Part shown: one piece after another, positions 1 through 12,641 of the stretch | How the letters are laid out: each line of letters opens with the position of its first letter | Position numbering within the stretch: position 1 is the first letter of the stretch | Assembly: GCF_009914755.1 (NCBI RefSeq) | Contig: NC_060930.1 | DNA: 64,000 nucleotides | Reading direction: 5' to 3' (one strand) | Origin: the human T2T-CHM13v2.0 reference genome, Homo sapiens | The notes under the pieces: model-generated | What the model was told of the DNA's origin: nothing | The model's input: the letters and a program-made list of their open reading frames with translations, nothing else | Databases searched by the model: none | Program-made: the position numbers and the translations under genes

Positions 1-1787
1 GGTAGAGTAACTATTTCATTCACTTGGACATGACCTCAAGATTTAGCAGTGGGAAAAGAAAAGCATCGAAGTAAATCAAACTGACGATTATGTTACAAAG
101 GCTATCTGATTTGCTGAGTTCCAGCCATCATATTACCAAAAATATAATGTTTGCATATTATACAAACATTTTCATTTTTAAAAAAGCAGCACCGTCACTA
201 AGTTAGTTATATATAAAAATTCAGCGTAAGTTGCAGTTATTCTGTAGCATATTCAGTGGCATTACAGTTGAAAAGAATAGAATCTGGGAATCCAGGTCTT
301 TCTTATGATTCACTTTTGTCTCTGTCATAGGTTGGCTTTTTAGGGTTATACTCCATGAATATCACCACCTCTTGGGATGGAAGTTCTCAGCTGGCACATT
401 CCTTGCTCATCTCTGAAATACTGTTCTTTAATGTTCTTATTTAAGTTCTTAAATTGACGTATTTCCTCTGTTGAGATGCATTTTTTCCCTTTTCCATCCA
501 AATGTTTCTGAAAACAGCACAATTCTTTATAAAGGAATATACATTCCTTTAAATACATCTTGTATTTAATGGGGGTAGTTTTTATCATTCCCTTCTCCTG
601 TTCCAATAAAGAAAAGAGCTCTCACTGAATTGATAGGGATTCTATCCATCAGTCAAGGAAAAGAGGTGTAATGTGTATGTAGGAGAAGAGGCACTAAACC
701 ACTGTGCAGCTGAGGTCCGCGTGGGAAAGGTTTCTTCTCATGGATATTTGGGTAGTCGCCTTGATAGCCAGTGGACTGTGTGCTAAGGCCCTACCAGTTC
801 CCTCATTTTCTCTCTCTGGTAAATGCTACTTTGTCCTGGCCCTGCGTTAGGTAGTAATCTCCAAGTCAAAGATGGGCAGTTGAATTTTACTGAAATTATT
901 ACAATGTTGATTAAAATTGTTAGCTCTCGAATTTGGAGAATTTGTTGAAGTTAAAATGGTGGGTAATTACATAAATGCTTAGGCACTACTTTTTCATTTC
1001 ACTTTAAAACATGTCATCTCTCTTCCTTATGTGATTGCTCACACCATTATTTGACCCAAACAATTTAAGTTTTTTCCCACACAGGTTAGAAATTTAAGTT
1101 TTATCTGAATTTAGCTTTCTAGTTTCAATGCCCTTGAAATATAAGATTTTTTTTTTCTTTCCCAGGATGTTTTGACTCATGTTAGAACAATACCTTTTAT
1201 CCCAGGCGCCAAAATATGGTACCTGTTACATGTTATAGAATTAGCCTCAACCACTGTTTCCTGTGAGATTTCACCTCAGCAGACGTCAGCCTCCATAACC
1301 ACTGAGAGAACAAAAACAATAGTTTTGTTCACTAATACTCCTTTGCTTTTAGAGTATATTTTATGGTCCATTATTCAGGTTTTTTGGTTGGTATATTTTG
1401 CCTGTGGCTTAGTCAGATTTTCAGATTAACCCTTAGGTAAGTCTTTGCTAGAGACCACTTTCCCATAAGTTGACCTTTAGAATATCTGAAAGTACAGATT
1501 TAGTTTTGCTTAGTTTAACAGCAGACGAGTGTTAACTATTAATCTGCAGAAATAAATATTTCTAATACTAGCATAAATTTGGCTTCACTTCAGCATATAA
1601 TAATAATAATAATAATACTTTTTATAAATATATATATGCCTTGTTTTCATTCCTGCAAATTCTAATTCAGTAAATCTGATAAGGGGGCCAGGTATGTGTA
1701 CCTAAAAAGAAAAAACAAAAACAACCTACAACCCCAAAACCAAACAAACCAGACATAGAGAACAGTTAGGGGTGGAGCTGGGAAGAA

Positions 1788-1790
<3 letters not shown>

Positions 1791-1834
<44 letters not shown>
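1791..1834. repeat. (GT)22 microsatellite
   Basis: Uninterrupted GT run read directly. Confidence 0.97.
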
Positions 1835-1837
<3 letters not shown>

Positions 1838-1854
1838 CTTCTATGTATATGATT

Positions 1855-1942
1855 TTTATATATGTATACATCTACTTGTATATATGTATACATCTACTTT
1901 TATATATGTATACATCCATTTTTATAGATGTATACATCTACT
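1855..1942. repeat. 22-bp x4 AT-rich minisatellite (tttatatatgtatacatctact)
   Basis: Units at 1855, 1877, 1899 and 1921, differing from one another at 1-3 positions. Confidence 0.9.
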
Positions 1943-2505
1943 TTACATAATTTTAAAACAGTATTTGTTACTGCTTTTTAAACTTTATGGTATATTAGGA
2001 ATATATCTTACATGGCAGAATTATATTCTTAAAGGATAAATTATATGTCTATTTATATGTATAATTTATACATATATTATGTAAATAAAATCTCCTACTA
2101 TGGTAGGAAGTGTATAGTTGTGTTCACAGTTCCTGTTTCGTTTTCAGCTTGGACATTCGTAAGTTAGCTCAAGTCTGTAGCACAGTGTCACTTTGTCTGG
2201 GTCTCAGCTTGAATGGCCAACCAGGTGTCTATGTCACAAACATTATTTGACAATTACAGCTGTCTCTACTGCTGTCTTTGGAAAGTATAGATAATATCTT
2301 AGCCTTAATTTTTGTCTGCTGTCATTGCTTTATAAAACTAAAAATAACAACGAAGGAGGAACAAAAGAAAATTTTCGGAAAAGTATGTACTTTATGGTTG
2401 ACGGAATTTCATTATCTTTTACCATGCTATTTTAGTAAACACATTTAGAAAACAGTTGTTGCTATTAAGGGTGTGGGACTTTGTCTCCCAGGGAGTAAGC
2501 TGCTA

Positions 2506-2867
<362 letters not shown>

Positions 2868-3949
2868 TTATTAATTATATTTATTCTACATATTGTGTGT
2901 CAATTGACATATTAGCTGATTCAAACCAATATTCAGTTAAAAGAGGCCATTTTCTTGCTTTTTTTTTCCCCCTGTACATCTTTAATTCTAAAGATCAATA
3001 TAGAAATGTAAGGAAAACTTAGGAAGATGTTAAAGAATCACCTACAGCAACAGTTTCTGTAGAACTCGATGGATTTTTTTGCTGGCCTGTGATAAAATGA
3101 GAAATATAAGGAAAATATAATGAGATTTTTATGAAGCTACATTTGTGAGCCTTCATTATGACATTCCTCCTGTTTTGTTGTTTAAAATGTGCTATTTTTT
3201 GAAAAACAGTAATGATAGTACAAGATAGTTTAACTTTTTTTGTCCTATCTTGGCAAAATAACAAATCGGTAGCCTATTTGATGTCCAGTTATGTGTGTGT
3301 GCATTTTAAGTGTGTTGCTCTGTGACATCCCAGCATCGGAAACTACTGATAGAAACTGGAAAAATAGTTACTATTGAAAATGGATGGTCTTTGATAGACT
3401 ATCAGGCCCTTTATTTCTCTTGTTGCATAGTCTGCTTGGAATGGTGTACAGATTGTAGTGTGTTTATACCCTGTGTAGGGTCCCTTGTCTTACAGCTCTC
3501 GTCTCCAAGCTTTACTTTCCTGTTCCCAGCTTCCTGACCTCTAAGACAAGATTGTTGATCCTTTGTCTGGCAAGATCTGCATTATTGCTCTGTACCTTCT
3601 CGATTCCTGACTTCCATTTCCCTGCTTCATTGTATTTTACTGGATACCTTTCTGCCTAGCACTCCTCCTAGCTGTGTAGCCCAGTATTGGCTTGTCAACT
3701 GGTCTGTCCATTATGAAATCACCAAGAGATTTGTGTATTTATTGTTATTCTAATAGTATACAAGTCACTGTGTTAAATGCTATAGCAGATAGTAAATAAG
3801 GAAGATAATACCTGTTCCTTAAGAATATTGAGATAAGCATGCAACTAATCATGTATTCTTACACAGAATAAGTCAGTGTTTCTTAAGAGAAGTACAGAGT
3901 ACAATTGGTGATAAAGGAAATTCAAATGCAATTGGAAGGATCTTTGACT

Positions 3950-4120
3950 TGGCTGGCTGTATAACTTTGAGCAAGTTTCTTGATCTTTTTGAGCCTCAGT
4001 TTCCTCTACGGAAGAATAATAATGCTTATATCAAGATTGCTGTGAGGGTAAATGAAACAATTAATGTAAAATGCATAACTGAGTTTCTGGCAAGCATTTG
4101 GCAGCTGTCTTTTACTATCA
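3950..4120 (+). mobile_element. MIR SINE remnant
   Basis: MIR core-like gagcaagtttcttgatctttttgagcctcagtttcctc...gattgctgtgagggtaaatga. Confidence 0.75.
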
Positions 4121-4853
4121 CTGGCCACTTCTCCCCTCAAACTATTTTAAAGATTGTGATGATTTTTTACAGGGATTGAGAGGTGATAAGTATAATTCTT
4201 TCAAGTAAAGTGAATAACAAAAAAAGGTACAGAGTTAAAATATGCTGGAACAACATTTTGGAGCAAAGGATGTAGCTGATGGGAATAGAGTAAGAGCAAA
4301 TACAGCTGCAATTGTGTTTCAATTTAGTACACATATTTTAATGCAGGGGAAACTAACTCCGAAAGTTCACAATTGAAGATAGAGACAGGAGAGACGATTG
4401 AGTCAGTCACCCAAGTGGAGGGATTTCATTTTAGGCAAGAGGAGTTTTGGGCACAGGAAGCTTAAAGAAGGTAGGGTTTTGGAAGTATATTCAGCTAATT
4501 TTTCAACTATGTCATTTTTCCATTGCTTGTTGAGAATTTTGATCTTGACAAACAGGTATTATGTTATCATTTGAAGATCTTATCAGATTCTGTTGGTATG
4601 AGTATCTCCTGTATTCGTTTGAAAGATCAAAAAGTAATTTTCCTGGAAAAACAGTTAAACCAAGATGAGGGCTCACAGTAGGCTATATTTAACAATCAAG
4701 TCTGGCACAGCCTACATTGTGTGAACTTTTGGTTTCTTGGGTTTTTGTTTTTTCTTCACTTGATGGTGTTTCAGTTTGGAAGAATGTGGCTAGACCACAG
4801 TATGGCTTTTCCAAGATTTAGTTCTTGTTAAGGGCTTATTATTTTGTAACATT

Positions 4854-4986
4854 GGTTTTTTGTTTTTGTGGAGACAAGGTCTCACTATGTTGCTCAGGCT
4901 GGTCTCGAATTCGTGAGCTCAAGCAACCCTCTTGCCTCAGCCTCCCAAAGTGCTAGGATCACAGGCGTGAGCCACCATGCCTGGCC
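4854..4986 (-). mobile_element. FLAM (Alu monomer)
   Basis: Single left-arm monomer flanked by a perfect 13-bp TSD attttgtaacatt (4841-4853 / 4987-4999). Confidence 0.92.
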
Positions 4987-5480
4987 ATTTTGTAACATTT
5001 GAAGCTTTGAGAAAGATCATACTCTATCAATTTATGAAAAACAAATCATGATTAAATTATGTGAGTGGAATGGAAAGTGGAGGCTGTGAGTATTAATGCT
5101 TGAGTCCAAATGGTTTTTGCATATTCAGGTTATCTTTGACCTGAAGCAGAGAAAACCAGAAGACTGTGTCACATTAGTCACCTTTTTTCCCCCATTAAAA
5201 AAAGATACCAGTATGAGTGACTTTTTAAGAGTATAACTCTGATTTTTAAATTATTTCAGAACTTGTAATATCTAAAGATGCTCTTTACAAAAAAAGAATA
5301 GGTATGTTAAAACTTTTAGTTTTCACTTGCTTTATGTGGTTTGGATATTAAGTTGACCATTATGTGTTTACACCCTTTGAAGTATTTTAATTTGTGAAAA
5401 TTCATTGTTATTTCATTTGTTTAGTCTATGTAATTTAAAAATATTCTACCATAGGTGTTTCTTAAGACTTCAGGGTTGAA

Positions 5481-5630
5481 CTGGGCGTGATGGCTCACGC
5501 CTGTCATCCCAACCCTTTGGGAGGCTGAGACAGGAGGATAACTTGAGGGACCCAGCCTGGGTAACATAGTGAGACCCTGTCTTTACAAAAAAAACCTTTT
5601 TTACAAAAATAAAAATAATAAAAAATAAAA
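5481..5630 (+). mobile_element. FLAM/Alu monomer with internal deletion
   Basis: ctgggcgtgatggctcacgcctgtcatcccaac...agcctgggtaacatagtgagaccctgtc followed by an A-rich tail. Confidence 0.85.
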
Positions 5631-6210
5631 CTCTCCTGGGTTATACTGCCAGATTAAATACTTAAGCTCTCTCTGCTTTTGAGGGTTTTAGTCATTCTTG
5701 GTCTCTGGCCATGTAACAACCTGTGCAAAGATTAGTAGGTATTGTGTGCTAGCTTTATCCTTGCATCAGGACAGTCTAGGCCTATTTGGATTTTGCATCT
5801 TCCTTGTAGTTCAACAGCCATCTCATTTTGGTTTTGGCTTTCTGCAGTCAACCTTCAAAGATCTTTTGTTTTCTGACAGTTGAAGAAACTGGCTCAGTGT
5901 TCTTTCTCCTAGACAATTATTTAATTGTTTACAGATAACTGAAACTATCTTCTAAAGGTTTCTATTGTGAATTTCTTTATTTTATAGGAAGCTTCTTATG
6001 TTGAAATGATTGGTCAACATAATTCTTGGTGATTAGAAAAACTGTTTTTCAACCAAATAGCATCAAAATGCTTATTCTTTCTTTTCTGATTTTACACTGC
6101 ATGGCTTTTTTCTGTGTATTATAACAAATCTCTTCTTTTTAAAGCTAAGACAATAGCAAATTAGATGCTTGAGTTGGTACTGTTATAGCAAGTTTAAAGA
6201 AACGTACTCT

Positions 6211-6263
6211 TGTACCCTATAAATATATACACCTACTATGTACCCACAAAAATTAAAAATAAA
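6211..6263 (+). mobile_element. L1 extreme 3' end fragment (L1PB/L1MA-like)
   Basis: tgtaccctataaatatatacacctactatgtacccacaaaaattaaaaataaa resembles older primate L1 3' termini. Confidence 0.7.
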
Positions 6264-6397
6264 CATACAAGCAGTCAAAAAAATGTGCTCTTAAGAAATT
6301 TTTACTTTCTTAAGATAATATACAGTATTATTTTGATAACTGTGGATAGGATGAACCCGTCTTATACAATAAAGAGTTTAGAACTTCAAAACTATCA

Positions 6398-6710
<313 letters not shown>

Positions 6711-7059
6711 ATTATCATGTCAACAACTATAATTAACCCCAAGGGAACAATTTAACACAGAGTTTTTTGAATTCTTCATGTAATATTCTTAGTTGCTTAT
6801 TTTGAGCATTATAAATGTTTCAGAATATCACTTTGTTTATTTAAACTTTTTGGTACAGTTTCATGAGTGATTTTCCGTGGGGAATACATTTCCATCTTTA
6901 TTAAGTGAAACAGTAGGAAAATGTGATTTGGTTTCCACAGTTGACTTTTAAGCCAACCTGTCAGCAACACATCTGTCCATAAAGTTGAGTACACCTGGGA
7001 CATGATAATGCATAATTATTTCCTCACAGAATTGTTTAATAGTCACATTAACCTACCAG

Positions 7060-7132
7060 TAGCCAACACTTACTGATTGCTTACTAGATACAGACACCAT
7101 TCTGAGTATTTTACATGTATCAATTCATTTAT
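7060..7132 (-). mobile_element. MIR 3' fragment
   Basis: agccaacacttactgattgcttac...ttttacatgtatcaattcattta is the reverse complement of the MIR 3' end. Confidence 0.65.
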
Positions 7133-7247
7133 GTTATAAATTTTAAAATATGTTTCTTTTCTCTTTTTCTTCCCCTGCCCTTTCCCCCTGCTAGTGTTCC
7201 TTAAGACAGTTACTTTTCATAAACAGCCCAAGTCAGAAATATTAGCA

Positions 7248-7613
7248 CAGATTGAATATCCCTTATCTGAAATGCTTGGAACCAGCATTTCAGATAAGGG
7301 ATTTTGAATTTTTTTTTTCTTCAGTTTTTGTAATATTTGCAGATAGATAGATAGATATCCTGGGGATGAGATCCAACTCCAAACACAAAATTCATTTATG
7401 TTTCATGTGCACCTTATACGCATAGCTTGAAGGTAATTTACATAATATTTTAAAAATAATTTTGTGCATGAAGCAAAATTTTGACTGCATTTTGATTGCA
7501 ACCCATCACATGAGGTCAGGTGTGGAATTTTTTTCTTGTAGTGTCATGTTGTTGCTCAAAAAGTTTCAGATTTGGGAGGATTTCAGATTTTCAGATTAGG
7601 AATGGTCAACCAA
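7248..7613. mobile_element. Tigger4b (Zombi-family) TcMar-Tigger DNA transposon fossil
   Basis: Ends cagattgaatatcccttatctgaaatgctt / tcagattaggaatggtcaacc are degenerate TIRs; the interior (aaattcatttatgtttcat, cacatgaggtcaggtgtggaattt) matches the remembered consensus. Confidence 0.8.
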
Positions 7614-8234
7614 TAGCTTCCATTAAGATTGTTCACTTAATTTATGGAGCTTTCCATTGGTTATAGGACAAATAAGGGAAAGGGATCACAAGAAATGAGG
7701 TAGTATTAGAAGGAGAGATGACAGGTTCCCTGGAAGGGTACTGATTTAACTTGGGTGAATGCCAGTCATACGTGGGAATCACAGCTTCATGACAAGGCCT
7801 GCTGCATTGACTGGGCCATGGAGACACTCGAGGAAAAAAAAACAGAGAGAACCCTGGTCTTCCAGTGTACCATAAACAGCTTTGAGAACCTGAGCTATGG
7901 AATTTAAAATGACGTGTCAAGTCCGATGAAGTGACATGTTTTCACACAGAACCAGCAGGAGGATGAAAAACAGAAATTGTAAACAAGGATGAAAGTGACA
8001 GGTTTAGGACACTGGATGGACAAGAAGCCTGGCCTTAGATTTCCAAAGAATAAAAGAGAGAAACACATATTTTAATTAAATAGCTTCATATTTAGCTTCA
8101 AGAAGATGAGTACTGGCCATATATTTGAATATATATGCTATATTAGTTTAAATCTCATGTCAGATGATTTGCAGGTCTTTTTATTTGCATGTTTATGCAG
8201 CTAAGATGTTTGGCGCTCAGTTCTTGTGGGAGGG

Positions 8235-8766
<532 letters not shown>

Positions 8767-9927
8767 TTATTTTAAAAATGTAAATTACTTAGGAGGAAAA
8801 GAGTGTTAGCAGTTCAAGATTATGTGGTCGGTTAAATAGTTAAACACGTTTTAAAATGTATGTTACTTTACTTAAGGATCCCATGCGAAAATTCTCAGAA
8901 ATTAAGCATTGCATATTTGACTGCTGAGTACAGTGATTCATATGTATCTTAAAGTCACATATTCATAAAATTACACATGGATCAGATTCAATTGTTAAAA
9001 GTACAATTTTTCTCAATATGAAATTTTAAAGCATTTGTGTACTATGGTCTTTTTAAAGCCTTGCTACTCATTATAGCAATCGAATCACTGAAGAAATGTT
9101 CCTTTTTGTTTGGTTCAATGTTATTGAGTCTTATCTTTTTGATATAGGACTATTTTTTATTTTGTAACTGTGTCTTTTATTTTGTAATAAATTTGTTTAA
9201 GGTATATTTTAATATTATAAGAGTAGAACCAATATTTTAGTTTTAAAAAGACAATTCTATATCATGTCTAAATACTATTGGGAAATATGCCTATTTTTTA
9301 ATTTTTTAAAGCTAGTATTGCCATTCTACTTTTTTTACTTTGATTAATGTAGTCTCAGAGAATTATTCATTGAACATGCTTTAATATTTTTTCCTGATTT
9401 CAAGGAGTGAAAAAAGATTATCTAAAAATTTCTAAGGTTGTATTTTCTTATGAGAATGCTATATTATCTACTTATTTATTCTTATATCATTAGTTAAAAG
9501 TTAAATGAGTATGTGTTATCATTTCTGAATACTATAGTGTGTATAAGGAATACCAGAACTTTCTAGTTATGATGGCCAAAGTAATGTCAGTAGTTTATGA
9601 AAAAGTAATTTAGGTCTTGAATTTCTTTTGATTAGTCATTGTAAGCACTTTTAAACTTTCTTCCTCATAGATTTGTGCACTTTTAGATAATGTGTGATTT
9701 GTACAGTCATTCTTGAGTAGTTGAAACTTAAAAGAATTGCAAATTTTTGTGCCTGGTGGAGATAAAATAACTCTGAGGCATGGTAGATACTTGGTTTTTG
9801 AATCTCTTGTATAAACCAAGCAAATGTTTCTGAAAGAGCACTTTTGTGTATGTTTTGAGGTATCCCCATGTTAAGTATATGCTATCTTTAGAAATTTGAG
9901 TCTTATTTATTGTTATCATTTGAACAG

Positions 9928-10031
9928 GTGTCTCAATGCTTGTACCTACTGCAAAACTAAACACGCCAGAGGAAATTTGGCCAGTTATCCAATTGATGAA
10001 CTAGTAGATAGAGCCAAACAATCTTTTCAAG
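9928..10031 (+). CDS. CDKAL1: Internal coding exon of CDKAL1 (tRNA-Lys(UUU) t6A37 methylthiotransferase), encoding the radical-SAM CxxxCxxC motif; probably exon 9
   Basis: AG|G TGT CTC AAT GCT TGT ACC TAC TGC ... TCT TTT CAA G|GTAAGA. 104 nt, phase 2 to phase 1, stop-free: (G)[34 protein letters not shown](E). I recognise the peptide as CDKAL1; the exon number is from memory. Confidence 0.96.
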
Positions 10032-11619
10032 GTAAGAGTTTCTAGAATTATATGTGAAATTAGTCTTCTTAATAAATTATGTTAGCCTTCTAAGTAATAC
10101 TTCAGTTTAGAGACCAACTTCTTTAGTTTTCTGAAGAGTTTTACAAATATATGAACTTAATTAATAAAAGATGTGACCAGAGTTAATCACTTAGTTTATT
10201 TTTACATTAATGACTCTTCTTTTACTACGCTTCTGTTTTCTTATCACTCTAAGGTAAATGACATATTTTGAACTTTATCACCCACCTCTAGACTCCATGG
10301 AAAAGACAAAATTAAGATAAAATGAAATCCATGAGCCTCTGATGTCTGTTAAGATTTTTGTGGACAAGTGAAATACTCAGATTTTTCATCTCTTTCTTTG
10401 ACATTTTTGGACCATTTAGAAAATAGAGCTAATTAGGGTTTGTAGACGTCTTTGAAGAAGATAAGTTTTCATATCAGCCAATAAAGGAGGCCACCCCTTT
10501 TAACCACATGACTGTCAGACCACTAAAGATTGGTACTGGGGGAGAGGCCTAATGAGAATGATTTGTGTGGGGTGGCCAACTACTTCTGAGTCATCACTTG
10601 CCGGGAAATGTGATTATCTAGGTCTCTCTCAGCATATATAGTAAGACTTATCTTTAACATGAGTGACAGTTGTGTGGACATATAACTGCTCAAACCATAA
10701 ACTTCCTCTTTTGTCTTTGTTTATAGTATGTGCCTGTAACAGTGGTGTGTTTTTACTCCCAACATGAGATAATCTATTGTCTCATAATCTTGCAGGTTAA
10801 TAGTTATTGGCAATGTACTTTTCTTTTTGTCAAGTAACTTGGAGTGCTAGTTTCAGTATTTCATACTCTGGGTCTCAGAAAGTATGAGTTCCAAATTCAT
10901 TTTTTTGTTTAGTCTGTAGAAAACTTTTAGAAACATGAATTTGTAATGTTTCTCTTAATAGAGAAAAATATCTCCTTGTTTGATTTATTGATGCCTCCCA
11001 ACAGTTTTTTTCTACTTGTATATTCTTAGCTCAGTCCCCTCCTCCTTTCACATTCAACTAGTATTGAGAGAGAAATAAAGGACATTTACTGACTCTTGCT
11101 AGCATTCTCCTTTTACAGCCAGATTATTGTCTAATCTAAGAAAAAGCCTGGGTGGTTGTCTTTACTACAGCATAACCAATACTTCCAAGGATTTTTTAAA
11201 AGGAGAAAAAATTTTCCCAGAAACTAAATCTATTTGAAAAAGTCTTTGCTGGCATTCTTAATTAGTGTTTGTTTTTCCATGTATCTGTCAGATAATGCGG
11301 ATATTAAACATAGATGATCTATCTACCAAACACTGCAACTTAGAAGGCATGAAATTAGTACTTTTTTTAACATCATGCATTTCTAAGTGCAACTGCATAT
11401 AATTTTTTTAAAAATCTATTTCATTTTACTTGAAAACGTTTTTGAAAAATGTAAAGCTGTAAAATCACCATGTAGAAAGTGAAAATCTCCTCTTCACTCG
11501 CTTACATCTATTTTCACCTGTAACTTATGCTAACATTTGGATATGATTGCTTCATGGCTTTATATGGACACATTTATGAATTATATGTGACTTGAGAAAA
11601 AAAGAAGACAGAACAGAAA

Positions 11620-12234
11620 TATTACTGGTGGATGGTGTCCAGGTTCTTTGCGTTTTAAACAAAGAATTGGACAAAATGCACAAACAAAGCAAGGAAAGAA
11701 TTAAGCAACAAAAGCAGAGATTTATTGAGAATGAAAATACACTCCACAGTGTGGGAGCAGGTCTGAGCAGTGGCTCAAGGGCCCGGATACAGAATCTCCT
11801 GAGATCCAAATACCCCCTAGATGTTTCCCACTGGCCATTTGGTGTTCATCCCATGTAAATGAAATGGTGGTCCATGGTCAGTCTGATTGGTTGTAGAGAG
11901 CAACCAATCAGAGGCTGAAGTGCAGTTACAAAGTTCATACTCCTATGCAAACATCCGATTGGTTATGGAAAGCTGAAGTGAAGTTACAAAGTTACATGCT
12001 TATGCAAACGTCTGACTGGTTGCAGAAAGCAAGCAATCAGAGATACTTTCAATTTGCCATCTGCCCTGCAGAAAAGATGGGGGTTTGCAAAGAGAGTAAC
12101 CTCTGGTCCTTTTGTTACTTGCTGGAAAGTTGTTTTTTTTTTTTTTGTTTGTTTGTTTTTTCCAATTTAGTTCTAGGAAGTCAGGGTGAATTGGCCTTAG
12201 GTTCCCTGCCTCCAGACCCTGTTCTCCTGCCTCA
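11620..12234 (-). mobile_element. ERV1 solo LTR, MER51-like
   Basis: Minus strand begins TGAGGCAGGAGAACAGGGTCTGGAGGCAGGGAACCTAAGGCC (MER51 5' end); 4-bp TSD gaaa (11616-11619 / 12235-12238); internal ~57-bp tandem repeats with CCAAT boxes. Confidence 0.88.
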
Positions 12235-12641
12235 GAAACATAGTTTGTATAAAGTGATTATGACTTTTTCTAACAATATCCACCTTAGCTCTGTGATTTA
12301 TCTTTAGAAATGCCCTCTGAGTAACCAATTTACAGCGTATTGCTTCTGTAGATCTTTAGTAAGTTAACATTGTCATATCCAGGTGGGTTGGACTAGTTAA
12401 GGCGAGTGATTCAAATAATGTATCAGAGGTTAGCAGTAACGTAGCTATTTTTAGAGAACGTATTAGAAGATTACTCTTATTAACATCAGTAAGATCTTTT
12501 TATTCCCAACCATGGAATGTTTGCAACATCAGGTTTTTCTGTTGCCTTATTATCTGTGTATTAGAATTGAAACTAAATGCTAGTTTTTGGACTGGTGAGC
12601 TAATTTGTGAGATAATCCAGTGTGTTCAGGAAATGTGGTTG

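Noticed and set aside
346-606. 86-aa minus-strand ORF
   Set aside because: No recognisable domain, non-ATG start, antisense within an intron; the length is compatible with chance.
1855-1942. Regular 22-bp repeats considered as a CRISPR-like array
   Set aside because: The repeats are contiguous with no unique spacers, in a human intron; a simple minisatellite.
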